Assembly (NCBI GenBank): GCA_002401955.1
Contig: NVUQ01000006.1
Location: forward strand, 19,061-83,060
Reading direction: 5' to 3'
DNA from: Flavobacteriales bacterium
GTDB lineage: Bacteria > Bacteroidota > Bacteroidia > Flavobacteriales_E > Vicingaceae
DNA: 64,000 nucleotides
The notes below the pieces were generated by a model. It ran no database searches and was not told where the DNA came from. It saw only the letters and a program-made list of their open reading frames with translations. The translations under genes and the position numbers were made by a program. Of the stretch, positions 9,736-20,022 are shown in pieces (within the stretch, counting starts at the first letter, position 1; the number at the start of each line of letters is the position of its first letter).

Positions 9736-11050
9736 ATGGAAAAGTAATTCCTCTATAACTTCCTAAACTTACAGGCTTTAATGTTGAACTAAAGTTTGCA
9801 TTAATAACACGAATAAACTCATTAGCCACCATAGCATAACCTCTAGTATTCGGATGAAGACCATCTAAAGAATATGCTCCTCCTTCAATATATTTAGTAT
9901 TCAATTCTATCCCATCAAAATTCATCCCAGAAGTTAATTTATTCATAAATGAATACATATCTACAATTACATAACCATGACTTGAAGCCGAAGCGGTTAT
10001 TTGATTGTTTATATCATTGATATAATTCCTTACTATAACTATTTCATCTTTATCTAAAACAGCTGTATGTGGCAATGGGTTTGATTGAAGTTCTCCTACT
10101 CCATCAGTAAGCATATCTTTTGTAGAAAGTAAAATAAAATCATCATTGGTTGCTTTACGTATTACAGTTGTATCGGCTCCTTCTTTAATCCAAATATCTT
10201 TATCAAGCAATTCTAAAGTAATTGTTGTAAAAAAAGGAGCTTGAGTAATGTCATGAACTGTTGCACATACTCCTTGTGCTCCCATTGATTGAAAAATGTC
10301 TAAAAGTGTATCGTATTTTTCTCTAAATTCGGTTAAATTAGTTAGTAAAGAAGATCCACTCACGTCATCACCACCTTCTTTTGCCCAACTCATAGCATCA
10401 TTAATCCCTAACCAATTGGTAAAAAATGTTGCATTACAACTACGAACATGATCTATATATTGAACCCTATTATTTATATCTCCAAAATTTAAAAATCTAC
10501 CATAAGGGCTTATTGGCTGACCTTGAACTCCATTCCATGCTAAAGCAGCTGGAGCGGCACTTCCTAAATATACATGATAGGTAAATTCTTCCGTAGAACT
10601 ATTTCCATAAATATTTCTTAAATTAATACCTCCCACCCCTAAATTGTTATATTTTATATTAGTGTCTGCCCAATTGTTAAAAGAAGGATCATAATTAATT
10701 GCCAATGGATGATTGTTTGTAATATCAATATCGTAAGCTTTTATTACTTCAATTTCTCCGTTAACATATTCTAAATGCATGTAACCAGAACCTGTTCCTG
10801 AAACTGTTGGCTGAACAAAATTAGTTCCCATTTGTCTTGCTATAATGGCTGGGAATGAATTATCTTGTTGTCCAAATTCATTATGCAAACCGCCATCTTG
10901 CAATCCTTGTGTAAAAGAATTTCCTACAGCAATATAATTAGAAAAATTGGCTGTACCATTAGTTGTTTCGTACTCATCAAATTGAGATTTAGTACACGAT
11001 AAAGAAAGTAAAACTATGCAAGCAGCAAGGTAACTATTTGTTTTTTTCAT
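9734..11050 (-). CDS. SGNH/GDSL-family hydrolase lipoprotein
   Basis: Lipoprotein signal LLSLSC; AVGNSFTQG (GDS-like block I), WLGINDA (block III) and DGLHPN (block V). Confidence 0.7.
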   Translation of the reverse strand: MKKTNSYLAACIVLLSLSCTKSQFDEYETTNGTANFSNYIAVGNSFTQGLQDGGLHNEFGQQDNSFPAIIARQMGTNFVQPTVSGTGSGYMHLEYVNGEIEVIKAYDIDITNNHPLAINYDPSFNNWADTNIKYNNLGVGGINLRNIYGNSSTEEFTYHVYLGSAAPAALAWNGVQGQPISPYGRFLNFGDINNRVQYIDHVRSCNATFFTNWLGINDAMSWAKEGGDDVSGSSLLTNLTEFREKYDTLLDIFQSMGAQGVCATVHDITQAPFFTTITLELLDKDIWIKEGADTTVIRKATNDDFILLSTKDMLTDGVGELQSNPLPHTAVLDKDEIVIVRNYINDINNQITASASSHGYVIVDMYSFMNKLTSGMNFDGIELNTKYIEGGAYSLDGLHPNTRGYAMVANEFIRVINANFSSTLKPVSLGSYRGITFP

Positions 11051-11051
11051 A

Positions 11052-12392
11052 TTATTCTATCGAAGCAGCAGCCTCTTTTTTAGTTCCTCCAAATTTTAGG
11101 TTCAAAGCCAAACCATAAACATTTACCTTACGGTTAAATTTATACTTAAAATCTCCTGTTTGCACTTTCTCTCCGTTTTCTAAAACAAAATTTCCATCTT
11201 CAACTTTGTATTGTGCCAAGCTAACATCATCTCTACTTGCACTTTGTCTGATGTAGGCAAAATCAATTGAAATCTTATCATTTATCTTATACCCTAAACC
11301 AGCAGTATAAGCTACTTGGGTTACTCCTGGTAAATGCGGACTTACCAAATTATCTTTCATAGGTGTGTTGTCTTGATACAACCCTACTCTTACACTATAC
11401 TTTTCTTTATAAGTAAAATCAAACCCTAAACGATGCGTTATTGAATTATCCCAATCATTAATTTGCTTAGAATCTGGCGTGTCATTATTATCAAAATTAA
11501 ATGCTAAAGTATCATAAGAAGACCAACCAGTTATATTAAAATCATAAGCAAAAGCCAAGGACCATTTTTCTGAAATGGTATGTTTAACACTTAATCCTAT
11601 TGTAAAAACAGAGGGTAAAGTAATTTGAGATACAAAGTCCGTTTCTTCAGGGAATTTATATTTTAATGAAACAGGAATATCTGTAAACTGAGCTTTCCCA
11701 TTACTTAAATCAACAGTAATTGAAGAACGATAATCAATACCTACTGCAAACTTTGTATTTTTAGCATCATCTCCTAAGGTTAAAAATTGAGAATAAATCC
11801 CCAGATTATAACCTACACCATCACCACTCCCTTCTAAACGTACTTTTCCTTCTGTAGTTGAACTTGATGCTACTGGAATTGCTTTTTCGGTTGAGAAACT
11901 TCCTCTTCCATAAACAAAACCTCCACCCACACTTAATTTTTCGTGTATTTTATATGAGATAGTTGGCTGAAACATAAATGTTTTTAATGAAATATTCTGA
12001 ATGATATTTCGTCCTTGCCATGCATCATCAAAAGAAGATGCGGAACCAAACTGATTATTGATTAAAAACCCTAAGTGTAATTTCTCTGTGATTTGACCAG
12101 TATAATAAAAATGTATTGGAGTTCCTTTACCAGAAGTTTGATCTGTATTTGCCACCTCAGGGGTTTGTATCGAAACATGAGCATCAACAATATTTATTCC
12201 AACAGTAAATTGATGATGATTTAAATTTGACATTGCTGCAGGATTAAAAAATACAGTAGTTGCGTCTGTACCTACCCCTGCAAATGCTCCACCCATTGCC
12301 ACAGCTTTTAAGCCTTGTAAATTTAACTGAAACCCTCCAGCCATCATTAGAACAGGAGCTCCAAGAAATATTGATAATAATACTCTTTTCAT
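11052..12392 (-). CDS. FadL/OmpP1/TodX-family outer-membrane hydrophobic-compound transporter
   Basis: 446 aa. Signal peptide followed by GGFQLNLQGLKAVAMGGAFAG, the typical N-terminal hatch motif. The sequence has beta-barrel-like alternating patterns and an aromatic-rich end. Confidence 0.7.
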   Translation of the reverse strand: MKRVLLSIFLGAPVLMMAGGFQLNLQGLKAVAMGGAFAGVGTDATTVFFNPAAMSNLNHHQFTVGINIVDAHVSIQTPEVANTDQTSGKGTPIHFYYTGQITEKLHLGFLINNQFGSASSFDDAWQGRNIIQNISLKTFMFQPTISYKIHEKLSVGGGFVYGRGSFSTEKAIPVASSSTTEGKVRLEGSGDGVGYNLGIYSQFLTLGDDAKNTKFAVGIDYRSSITVDLSNGKAQFTDIPVSLKYKFPEETDFVSQITLPSVFTIGLSVKHTISEKWSLAFAYDFNITGWSSYDTLAFNFDNNDTPDSKQINDWDNSITHRLGFDFTYKEKYSVRVGLYQDNTPMKDNLVSPHLPGVTQVAYTAGLGYKINDKISIDFAYIRQSASRDDVSLAQYKVEDGNFVLENGEKVQTGDFKYKFNRKVNVYGLALNLKFGGTKKEAAASIE

Positions 12393-12564
12393 TATTATTG
12401 TTTTTATTTATTTGTAATCACCATTCCAAATTCCCCCTCCCTCTTCTTTTAAACCTATTTCTTAATGACTGTGAAAATAAGCAATTTTTTAAAATTATAA
12501 AATAAGAATTGATAGATACATTATCCTCTAATTTCTTTTATATTTGAGTGGTTAAAAAAAAATT

Positions 12565-13437
12565 ATGAAAAAAATAGCATCCTCAGAATTAGTACTTAAT
12601 AGCGACAATAGCGTTTACCATCTAAATCTTCATCCTCACCAAATAGCAAAAGATATTATTGTTGTGGGTGATCCAGGAAGAGTCGAAACCATCTCTAATT
12701 ATTTTGATAACATTGAGCATAAAGTTGCTAACAGGGAGATTTTAACCCATACCGGAACTTTAAACGGGAAACAATTAACCGTTATGTCTACTGGTATGGG
12801 ACCAGACAATATTGATATTGTTTTAAATGAATTAGATGCCTTAGTAAACATAGATTTAGAAAACAGGACAATTAAAGAAGAACACACTACTTTAAACATT
12901 ATTAGACTAGGCACTTCAGGATCTTTACAAAAAGATGTTCCTGTTGATTCTTTTGTGATTTCTGAATTAGGACTGGGCCTAGATGGATTAATGAATTATT
13001 ATGAATACAATCAAACTGATGAGGAAATAGAATTACTAAACCAATTTTATTCTCAAACCAACTATAACAAGGTATTTGCTCAGCCTTATTTTGTAAAAGG
13101 CTCTTTTGAGTTGTTTAATAAATTAAAAGAGGGTTGTATTTCAGGAATTACTGCTACTGCTGGTGGTTTTTATGGACCGCAAGGAAGAGTGCTTCGTATT
13201 CCTTTAAAAGAAACTCAGTTAAATGAGAAATTAAGGGATTTTAAGCACAACAATCATGTCATACTTAATTTTGAAATGGAAACATCTGCTTTATATGGTC
13301 TATCAAGAGCTTTAGGGCATAATGCTTGTACTATTTGTGCTATAATTGCGAATCGTTTTTCTGGAACTGTAAGCACTAATTATAAACTTGCTGTTAAAAA
13401 CTTAATTGAAGAAACACTCTCTAAATTAACACAATAG
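12565..13437 (+). CDS. nucleoside phosphorylase (PNP_UDP_1 family)
   Basis: 290 aa. VVGDPGRV, RLGTSGSL and NFEMETSALY motifs of phosphorylase family 1. Confidence 0.7.
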   Translation: MKKIASSELVLNSDNSVYHLNLHPHQIAKDIIVVGDPGRVETISNYFDNIEHKVANREILTHTGTLNGKQLTVMSTGMGPDNIDIVLNELDALVNIDLENRTIKEEHTTLNIIRLGTSGSLQKDVPVDSFVISELGLGLDGLMNYYEYNQTDEEIELLNQFYSQTNYNKVFAQPYFVKGSFELFNKLKEGCISGITATAGGFYGPQGRVLRIPLKETQLNEKLRDFKHNNHVILNFEMETSALYGLSRALGHNACTICAIIANRFSGTVSTNYKLAVKNLIEETLSKLTQ

Positions 13438-13496
13438 AGTTAATAAGTCAAGTTAAAGCTATAACCTTTGATATATTTCTAACGTATATTTGATAT

Positions 13497-14330
13497 ATGT
13501 TGATTAAAGAAATACAAGCCTTAATAAGTCTTTTAGACGATCCTGATACTTCTATTTTTGATGATGTTAGTCGTAAGATAATTTCTTATGGTAATGACGC
13601 TATACCCTTTCTAGAAAATGCTTGGGAAAATTCTTTCGACCATCTGGTTCAAAATAGAATTGAAGATATTATTCATCATCTGCAATTCCAAAACATTAAA
13701 TTAGAACTTATTAACTGGAAAAATTCCGAACAAGATTTAATTGATGGTGCTATTATTATTGCTAAATACCAATATCCAGATTTGGAAGGAGATAAAATAA
13801 TAGCAAGCATTAAACAAATTACACAAGATGTTTGGCTAGAACTCAATGATAATTTAACTGCTTTAGAAAAAATAAAAGTCCTCAATAGAATTGTTTTTGA
13901 TGTTCATGGATTTTATGGGAATACTAAGAATATTAATTCTCCAAAAAACTCATACATAAATAATGTAATTGAAAGAAAAAAAGGGAATCCTATTACTTTA
14001 GGAATTGTTTACCTTGCTATATGTAAAAAGTTAAACATACCTATGTATGGTGTAGATGTTCCTGCTCATTTTATCCTGTCTTATTCCGAAGATGAGAAAA
14101 ACGCATTATTCTATTTAAATGTCTTTAACAAAGGAACCGTTTTCGGGCAACATGATATTGATAAATTTTTAGACCAATTAAAAGTAGAACCTAAGGATGA
14201 ATATTATACAGCTTGCTCTAATTTAACCATCATTAAAAGATTGGTTCAACATCTTATCTATACCTATGATAGTTTAGGTTATATAGAAAAGAAAGAAGAA
14301 TTAGAAGAGCTATACCAGTTGCTAAGTTAA
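13497..14330 (+). CDS. transglutaminase-like / SirB1 (UPF0162) family protein
   Basis: 277 aa. ERKKGNPITLGIVYLAICKKLNIPMYGVDVPAHFIL resembles the SirB1-type transglutaminase-like core. Confidence 0.6.
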   Translation: MLIKEIQALISLLDDPDTSIFDDVSRKIISYGNDAIPFLENAWENSFDHLVQNRIEDIIHHLQFQNIKLELINWKNSEQDLIDGAIIIAKYQYPDLEGDKIIASIKQITQDVWLELNDNLTALEKIKVLNRIVFDVHGFYGNTKNINSPKNSYINNVIERKKGNPITLGIVYLAICKKLNIPMYGVDVPAHFILSYSEDEKNALFYLNVFNKGTVFGQHDIDKFLDQLKVEPKDEYYTACSNLTIIKRLVQHLIYTYDSLGYIEKKEELEELYQLLS

Positions 14331-14432
14331 CAACGTAATATCATTAACATCTTTTAACAACCGCTGCACAAGATTTTTCATCAATCTATCGTTTTTGTAT
14401 TAATAAGAAATTAATATTAAACTGAATATATT

Positions 14433-15893
14433 ATGAAAAAAGAACTCAAATTAATCGCTCTAGGATTAACCTTAACCATTGCTGGAGGCATTACTTCAGT
14501 AGGAATTTACAAGCATTTAGAACCTAAAAAACACCCCTCATTTACCAATCAAGCTCCCTTTGAAAAGAATAATTATTTAGCCAATAACAAAATAGATATT
14601 ATAGCAACTCCTAGTTTAGAGCTAGCCGCAGAAATGTCGTTAAATGCTGTTGTACATGTTAAAACGGAGGTTCTAAGTAATCAACCTGTTGATCCTCTTT
14701 ACCAATTTTTTTACGGAAATAAACAACAAAAACCTCAACTAGCACATTCATCAGGCTCGGGAGTTATTATTTCTGATGATGGTTATATTGTAACTAACAA
14801 CCATGTTATTGACAATGCTGAAAATATTTCTATAACACTAAACAATAACAAAACTTACAAAGCTGAAGTGATAGGAACAGATCCTAATACCGATTTGGCT
14901 CTGCTAAAAATTGACCAAGAAAATCTTCCTTATATTAATTATGGTAACTCTAATAATATTAAGATTGGAGAATGGGTTATAGCTGTTGGAAACCCTTTTA
15001 ATCTGACCTCTACCGTTACTGCTGGAATTATAAGTGCAAAAGGAAGGGACATTAACATACTAAGAAATGATCCTTATAGTGGAATGTCTGCCATAGAATC
15101 TTTTATACAAACTGATGCTGCTGTAAACCCTGGGAACAGTGGTGGTGCTTTAGTAAGTTCTACTGGAGAATTAATTGGTATTAATTCTGCTATTAAATCG
15201 AACACAGGTTCATACACTGGTTATTCTTTTGCTATACCGGTTAATATTGTTAAAAAGGTAGTAAAAGATTTAAAAGAATTTGGAACTGTTCAAAGAGCTT
15301 TTATTGGTGTTAGCATAAGAAATTTAGATGCTGAGTTAGCTAAAGGAATAGGGACAGAAAATGTAAATGGTGTTTATATTAATGGAACAACTAAAAATGG
15401 TTCTGCCGCTAAAGCTGGAGTAAAAGCGGGAGATATTATTAAAAAAGTTGGAAATAAATCTATAAAAAATGTTGCCGAACTACAGGAGCAACTTAGTCAG
15501 TTTAGACCTGGAGACAAAGTAATTATCGCTTTAGAAAGAGATAATAAAGAACTAGAACTTTCTATTGTTCTTAAAAACCTGAATGGTGATGAAACAATAA
15601 TCTCTAGCAAATCAAATAAAACCTTAAAACAATTAGGTGTTAAACTTACTGAAACAAGCAACATAGAGCTTAAACAGTTAAACTTAGATGGTGGTGTTAA
15701 AGTTGAGGAAATCTATAATGGGAAAATGAGGAGTGTTGGGGTTCGAAAAGGGTTTATAATTACAAAAATAAACCATAAGAAAGTAACTAGTATTGATGAG
15801 TTAATTATTACCATTGAAAAAATTAAAGGTGGAATACTAATAGAGGGTGTATATGAAAATGGAAGAAAAGAGTTTTATGGGTTTGGAGTTTAA
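14433..15893 (+). CDS. HtrA/DegP/DegQ-family periplasmic serine protease with two PDZ domains
   Basis: Catalytic triad contexts TNNHVI, DLALLKI and GNSGGALV, followed by two PDZ-like segments (GVYINGTTKNGSAAKAGVKAGDII; GGVKVEEI...GVRKGFII). Confidence 0.85.
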   Translation: MKKELKLIALGLTLTIAGGITSVGIYKHLEPKKHPSFTNQAPFEKNNYLANNKIDIIATPSLELAAEMSLNAVVHVKTEVLSNQPVDPLYQFFYGNKQQKPQLAHSSGSGVIISDDGYIVTNNHVIDNAENISITLNNNKTYKAEVIGTDPNTDLALLKIDQENLPYINYGNSNNIKIGEWVIAVGNPFNLTSTVTAGIISAKGRDINILRNDPYSGMSAIESFIQTDAAVNPGNSGGALVSSTGELIGINSAIKSNTGSYTGYSFAIPVNIVKKVVKDLKEFGTVQRAFIGVSIRNLDAELAKGIGTENVNGVYINGTTKNGSAAKAGVKAGDIIKKVGNKSIKNVAELQEQLSQFRPGDKVIIALERDNKELELSIVLKNLNGDETIISSKSNKTLKQLGVKLTETSNIELKQLNLDGGVKVEEIYNGKMRSVGVRKGFIITKINHKKVTSIDELIITIEKIKGGILIEGVYENGRKEFYGFGV

Positions 15894-15912
15894 ACATTGG
15901 TCATCATAACAT

Positions 15913-15947
15913 AAAAAAGCCTCCTGAATAACTTCAGGAGGCTTTTT
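15913..15947. terminator. bidirectional rho-independent terminator
   Basis: AAAAAGCCTCCTGAA-loop-TTCAGGAGGCTTTTT between convergent genes. Confidence 0.8.
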
Positions 15948-15963
15948 ATTGTATAAAATAATG

Positions 15964-16521
15964 TTATTGTTTTTTCTCTTTAGCTTGTTTAATCATATTG
16001 TTAATACCGCCAGTAAAGGCAGAAACTCCTTTTACATATCCTGTTTTACCTAAAGCATCAATTTTAAATTGACCTTTCTCATCTTTATCTAAGTTAAACA
16101 CCCATATTGTTGGGTATCCAGAAACCTTGAATGCTTGTTGTAATCCTCTATTTTGCTCTTGATATTTTTGAGGTATTTGAAATCTTCTTGGAAAATCTAA
16201 CTCTACTAAAACAACTGTTTTTTCTGCCCATGTTTGAAAAGCAGGTTTATCAAAAACTTCATACTTCAATTTTTTACACCAACCACACCAATCACTTCCT
16301 GTAAAGTTTGCTAAAATAGGCTTACCCGTTTTTTTAGAAATCTCATAAGCTTTATTAATATCAACCATCCAACCTTGAGCATGCGCTTTATAATCTGCTT
16401 CTGCTATTGTTTTAACTTGGGGTCTAGCTGGTGCTTGGGGTCTTAATACTCCACCTTGAGAATATACTGATGAAACAAGTGTTATCATCAAGGTTGCTAG
16501 TGTTATTTTTAGTGTTTTCAT
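15964..16521 (-). CDS. secreted thioredoxin-fold protein (thioredoxin_7/DUF255-like)
   Basis: Signal peptide; FTGSDWCGWCKKL CxxC motif. Confidence 0.7.
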   Translation of the reverse strand: MKTLKITLATLMITLVSSVYSQGGVLRPQAPARPQVKTIAEADYKAHAQGWMVDINKAYEISKKTGKPILANFTGSDWCGWCKKLKYEVFDKPAFQTWAEKTVVLVELDFPRRFQIPQKYQEQNRGLQQAFKVSGYPTIWVFNLDKDEKGQFKIDALGKTGYVKGVSAFTGGINNMIKQAKEKKQ

Positions 16522-16572
16522 AAAATTAAATTTTCACAATTTTTAATCAAATTCTATACCAAAATTAATTAA

Positions 16573-18366
16573 TTATCTTACTCCGTGCATTAATTTTTTC
16601 ATTATAGGATTTAATGCCATTGCCAACAATCCAACACCAACCGGTATTAGTGTAAACATTAAGAAAAATGTTGACATTGAATATTCTGCAGTTATTTCAT
16701 CAATCATCCCCCCCATTTTACCTGCTAATTTATTACCTATAGCAACTGCAATATACCATACTCCAAACATCATTGCTATCATTCTTCCAGGAACCAATTT
16801 ACTTACATAAGAAAGTCCTACTGGAGATAAGCAAAGTTCACCCAAAGTGTGAAATAAATAAGCAAATACTAAGAATACTATACTTACTGTTGCTACCATT
16901 GCTCCTTGTGGTATATCTTTAGCTCCAAATGCCAAAACACCAAACCCTAACCCTAACAATATAAGCCCTAAACCATATTTTACTGCCGCAGAAGGATTAT
17001 ACTTACTTTCCCACCACTTAGTAAAAAGAGGTGCAAATGCGATAATAAATAACGAGTTTAATATATTAAACCATGAAGCTGGGATCTCTGCGGTATCTTG
17101 ATTAAAAGCATCATAAAGTAAATAAAGAACAATAGCCCAAATAATTAAAAAACTACTTCCTAAAATAGTATTAGATACAGGTATTTTAGCGTAAGATTTT
17201 TTTATTAACTTAATTAACACCCATGAAATTATCGCCAAAGGAACTATATATATCAATGTATTTATAATCTTAAAACTCATTGCTGCACTACCATCCAATA
17301 ACCTATCTGTATAATCTTTCGCAAAGATATTCATAGAACCACCAGCTTGCTCAAACGAGGCCCAAAAGAAAACCGTAAAGAAAGCAAATATTGCAACCGC
17401 GATCATTCTATCTCTAACAACTGTTGCATAACGAGATATTCTTTTAACTAATAAGTACAAAAAAGATACAAGTCCAATTAGTATTGCTACATTTTGGCCT
17501 GAAACACCTGCTATTTCGAACGGAAATAAATTAATTGGATTTACAGCTCCTTTCATTCTTGAAATTTCAAATAAAGGGTCATTTATAACATACAGTACCC
17601 CCAAGATACCACTGATATACATTAACACTTTATCTAACATCGTAAAATGATTCAACCCTACCTCCCCCTCTTCTAATGCTTCTGAAAGTTTTTCTTCATT
17701 TTCTTCCTTATTTTTTTTCGGTTTATCACCAATACCTTTGAATAATGGTTGTGCAAAGTAAAACTGTAACATTCCCAAAAACATAAATATACCAGCCAAT
17801 CCAAAACCGTATGACCAACTATATTTTTCACCTATTGTACCACATAATAAAATACCTAAAAATGCACCTGCATTCACTCCCATATAGAACAATGTAAAAG
17901 CACCATCTTTCTTTTCTGGATGATTTTTATACATATGTGATATGATAGAGGTAATGTTCGGCTTAAAAAGACCATTACCAATTATTAATCCAAAAAGACC
18001 TATATACAAACAGTATTCTATCTCAAAAGCCATAAACAAATGACCTAAGGTCATAATTATAGCTCCATATACAACAGCCATTTTATACCCCAACTTATTA
18101 TCAGCAAGCCAACCACCAATAATTGGTGTAATGTAAACTAACGATGCGTAAGTTCCGAAAAGTGCTAAAGCCGCCTTTCTATCCCACTCCCAACCAGGAT
18201 TAAACCCCGTCATTCCTGAAGTTAAAAACAACACTAACAATACTCGCATACCGTAATAGGAAAATCGTTCCCACATTTCTGTAAAAAACAACACAAACAA
18301 CCCTGCAGGGTGACCTAGTATGTTTGAATCAAAAAACTCGTTGTTTGTTTCTGTAGTTGTGCTCAT
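16573..18366 (-). CDS. POT/PTR2-family di-/tripeptide:proton symporter
   Basis: 597 aa, polytopic. It carries the signature FFTEMWERFSYYGMR (ExxERFxYYG). Confidence 0.85.
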   Translation of the reverse strand: MSTTTETNNEFFDSNILGHPAGLFVLFFTEMWERFSYYGMRVLLVLFLTSGMTGFNPGWEWDRKAALALFGTYASLVYITPIIGGWLADNKLGYKMAVVYGAIIMTLGHLFMAFEIEYCLYIGLFGLIIGNGLFKPNITSIISHMYKNHPEKKDGAFTLFYMGVNAGAFLGILLCGTIGEKYSWSYGFGLAGIFMFLGMLQFYFAQPLFKGIGDKPKKNKEENEEKLSEALEEGEVGLNHFTMLDKVLMYISGILGVLYVINDPLFEISRMKGAVNPINLFPFEIAGVSGQNVAILIGLVSFLYLLVKRISRYATVVRDRMIAVAIFAFFTVFFWASFEQAGGSMNIFAKDYTDRLLDGSAAMSFKIINTLIYIVPLAIISWVLIKLIKKSYAKIPVSNTILGSSFLIIWAIVLYLLYDAFNQDTAEIPASWFNILNSLFIIAFAPLFTKWWESKYNPSAAVKYGLGLILLGLGFGVLAFGAKDIPQGAMVATVSIVFLVFAYLFHTLGELCLSPVGLSYVSKLVPGRMIAMMFGVWYIAVAIGNKLAGKMGGMIDEITAEYSMSTFFLMFTLIPVGVGLLAMALNPIMKKLMHGVR

Positions 18367-18370
18367 AATT

Positions 18371-19936
18371 TTATGCTTCTTTATCTGCTAATTCAAAACC
18401 TTCATTTTCCTCATAGTTTGTTCCTTCTATATCTTCAGCACCATGAATCAATCTTTTTAGAGGTTTTAATAAGGCTATTACTAATGCTCCAAAAACTACT
18501 GTAAAAACCAAAATTCCAAAGAAGATGGTATACTCACCAAATTCTGCAGATTTTTCTCCTAATATTCCAGCAACCTTTCCTCCTAAACCAGTAGCTGCGA
18601 AATAAACCCCCATCATTAACGAGGCATATTTTACAGGAGCTAATTTGGTAATAAATGATAATGAAACAGGAGAAGAACATAGCTCTCCAATAGTATGAAA
18701 TAAGTACGCTAGTATTAACCATATCATATGTGAACTTCCTGTTTCTTGATATTCTCTTGCTGCAAAAACCATAAACACAAACCCCATCCCCATAATCATG
18801 GTACCTATTGCCATTTTAAACAACGAAGAAGCCTCTTTATTTTTAATCTTCCGCTTTGCCCAGATATTTGCTATCCATACAGCAAAAATCAAAATAAAGC
18901 CAGCATTTAATCCTTGAAACATTGGTGTAGGAATTAAATAGCCAAATAACATTCTATCAGTTTTAGTCTCTGTATACACACTCATTAACCCACCAGCCTG
19001 TTCAAAGGCTCCCCAAAACACAATAACAATTAAAAATGACAACAGTAATACAAGAAAACGATCTTTCATAATCGCGTTTTCAAGACTTTTATAAATCATC
19101 ATCAATAATCCAGCAACAAGCGAAATAAATATAAATAACGCACCATAACCCCAATGATCCACACCTTCAAAAGTAAATCCACAATAAATAGAAATAACTA
19201 ACATTACACCTACAATAATCAAATGAAGAGGAGACTTAAATATGCCTGCAAATATCTTTATTAATGAAATGTCATTTGCCTTCTCCTCTTCTGTAGGTTT
19301 ATTACCCACATGAGTTATATATTTTTGACCAAACACATATACTAAAAGGCCTAACAACATTGCAATTCCGGCCATACCGAATCCTGCATGCCAGCCCCAT
19401 TTAGCTACAACAATCCCAATAAAAGAAGTTGCTAATAAAGAGCCCAAATTAATACCAATATAAAATATACTAAACCCTTTATCTCTTCTTATGTCACCAG
19501 TTTTATATAATCCACCAACCATGGTAGAAATATTAGGCTTTAAACACCCTACTCCAACTACAATCAAACCTAACCCTACAAAAAATGCCCAACTCGCTTC
19601 AATGGCTAAAGTACCGTGACCTAAAACTAATATTGCAGCTCCCAGCATTACAGTTTTCTTTTGTCCTAAAACTTTATCCGCCAAAATTCCTCCGGGTATA
19701 GATATAACATAGACCAACATTACATACCACCCATATAATTGGTAAGCTTCTAACTCAGTCCACCCTAATCCTGGACCATCTTCATGTGAAGCTTGTGCAA
19801 TCATATAAATCACTAAAATAGCTCGCATACCATAGTAAGAGAAACGTTCCCACATTTCTGTGAAAAATAAAACATATAGTCCTATTGGATGGCCAAAGAG
19901 CTCTTTTTCGTTATTTTTTATTGTGATATCTGACAT
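18371..19936 (-). CDS. POT/PTR2-family di-/tripeptide:proton symporter (diverged paralogue)
   Basis: 521 aa, polytopic, also with FFTEMWERFSYYGMR. It lies 4 nt upstream of the second POT gene. Confidence 0.85.
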   Translation of the reverse strand: MSDITIKNNEKELFGHPIGLYVLFFTEMWERFSYYGMRAILVIYMIAQASHEDGPGLGWTELEAYQLYGWYVMLVYVISIPGGILADKVLGQKKTVMLGAAILVLGHGTLAIEASWAFFVGLGLIVVGVGCLKPNISTMVGGLYKTGDIRRDKGFSIFYIGINLGSLLATSFIGIVVAKWGWHAGFGMAGIAMLLGLLVYVFGQKYITHVGNKPTEEEKANDISLIKIFAGIFKSPLHLIIVGVMLVISIYCGFTFEGVDHWGYGALFIFISLVAGLLMMIYKSLENAIMKDRFLVLLLSFLIVIVFWGAFEQAGGLMSVYTETKTDRMLFGYLIPTPMFQGLNAGFILIFAVWIANIWAKRKIKNKEASSLFKMAIGTMIMGMGFVFMVFAAREYQETGSSHMIWLILAYLFHTIGELCSSPVSLSFITKLAPVKYASLMMGVYFAATGLGGKVAGILGEKSAEFGEYTIFFGILVFTVVFGALVIALLKPLKRLIHGAEDIEGTNYEENEGFELADKEA

Positions 19937-20022
19937 ATAAATTTAATTTTAAAAGTTCGAAGTTAACATAATTATTTTAACCGCATAATTGAAAAAAAAG
20001 TTCAATCATACTATTTACATTT

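Noticed and set aside
16573-19936. The two POT permease genes as a recent tandem duplication or assembly artefact.
   Set aside because: Apart from the shared family signature, the proteins differ extensively in sequence and length. They are diverged paralogues, and no DNA-level repeat is evident.
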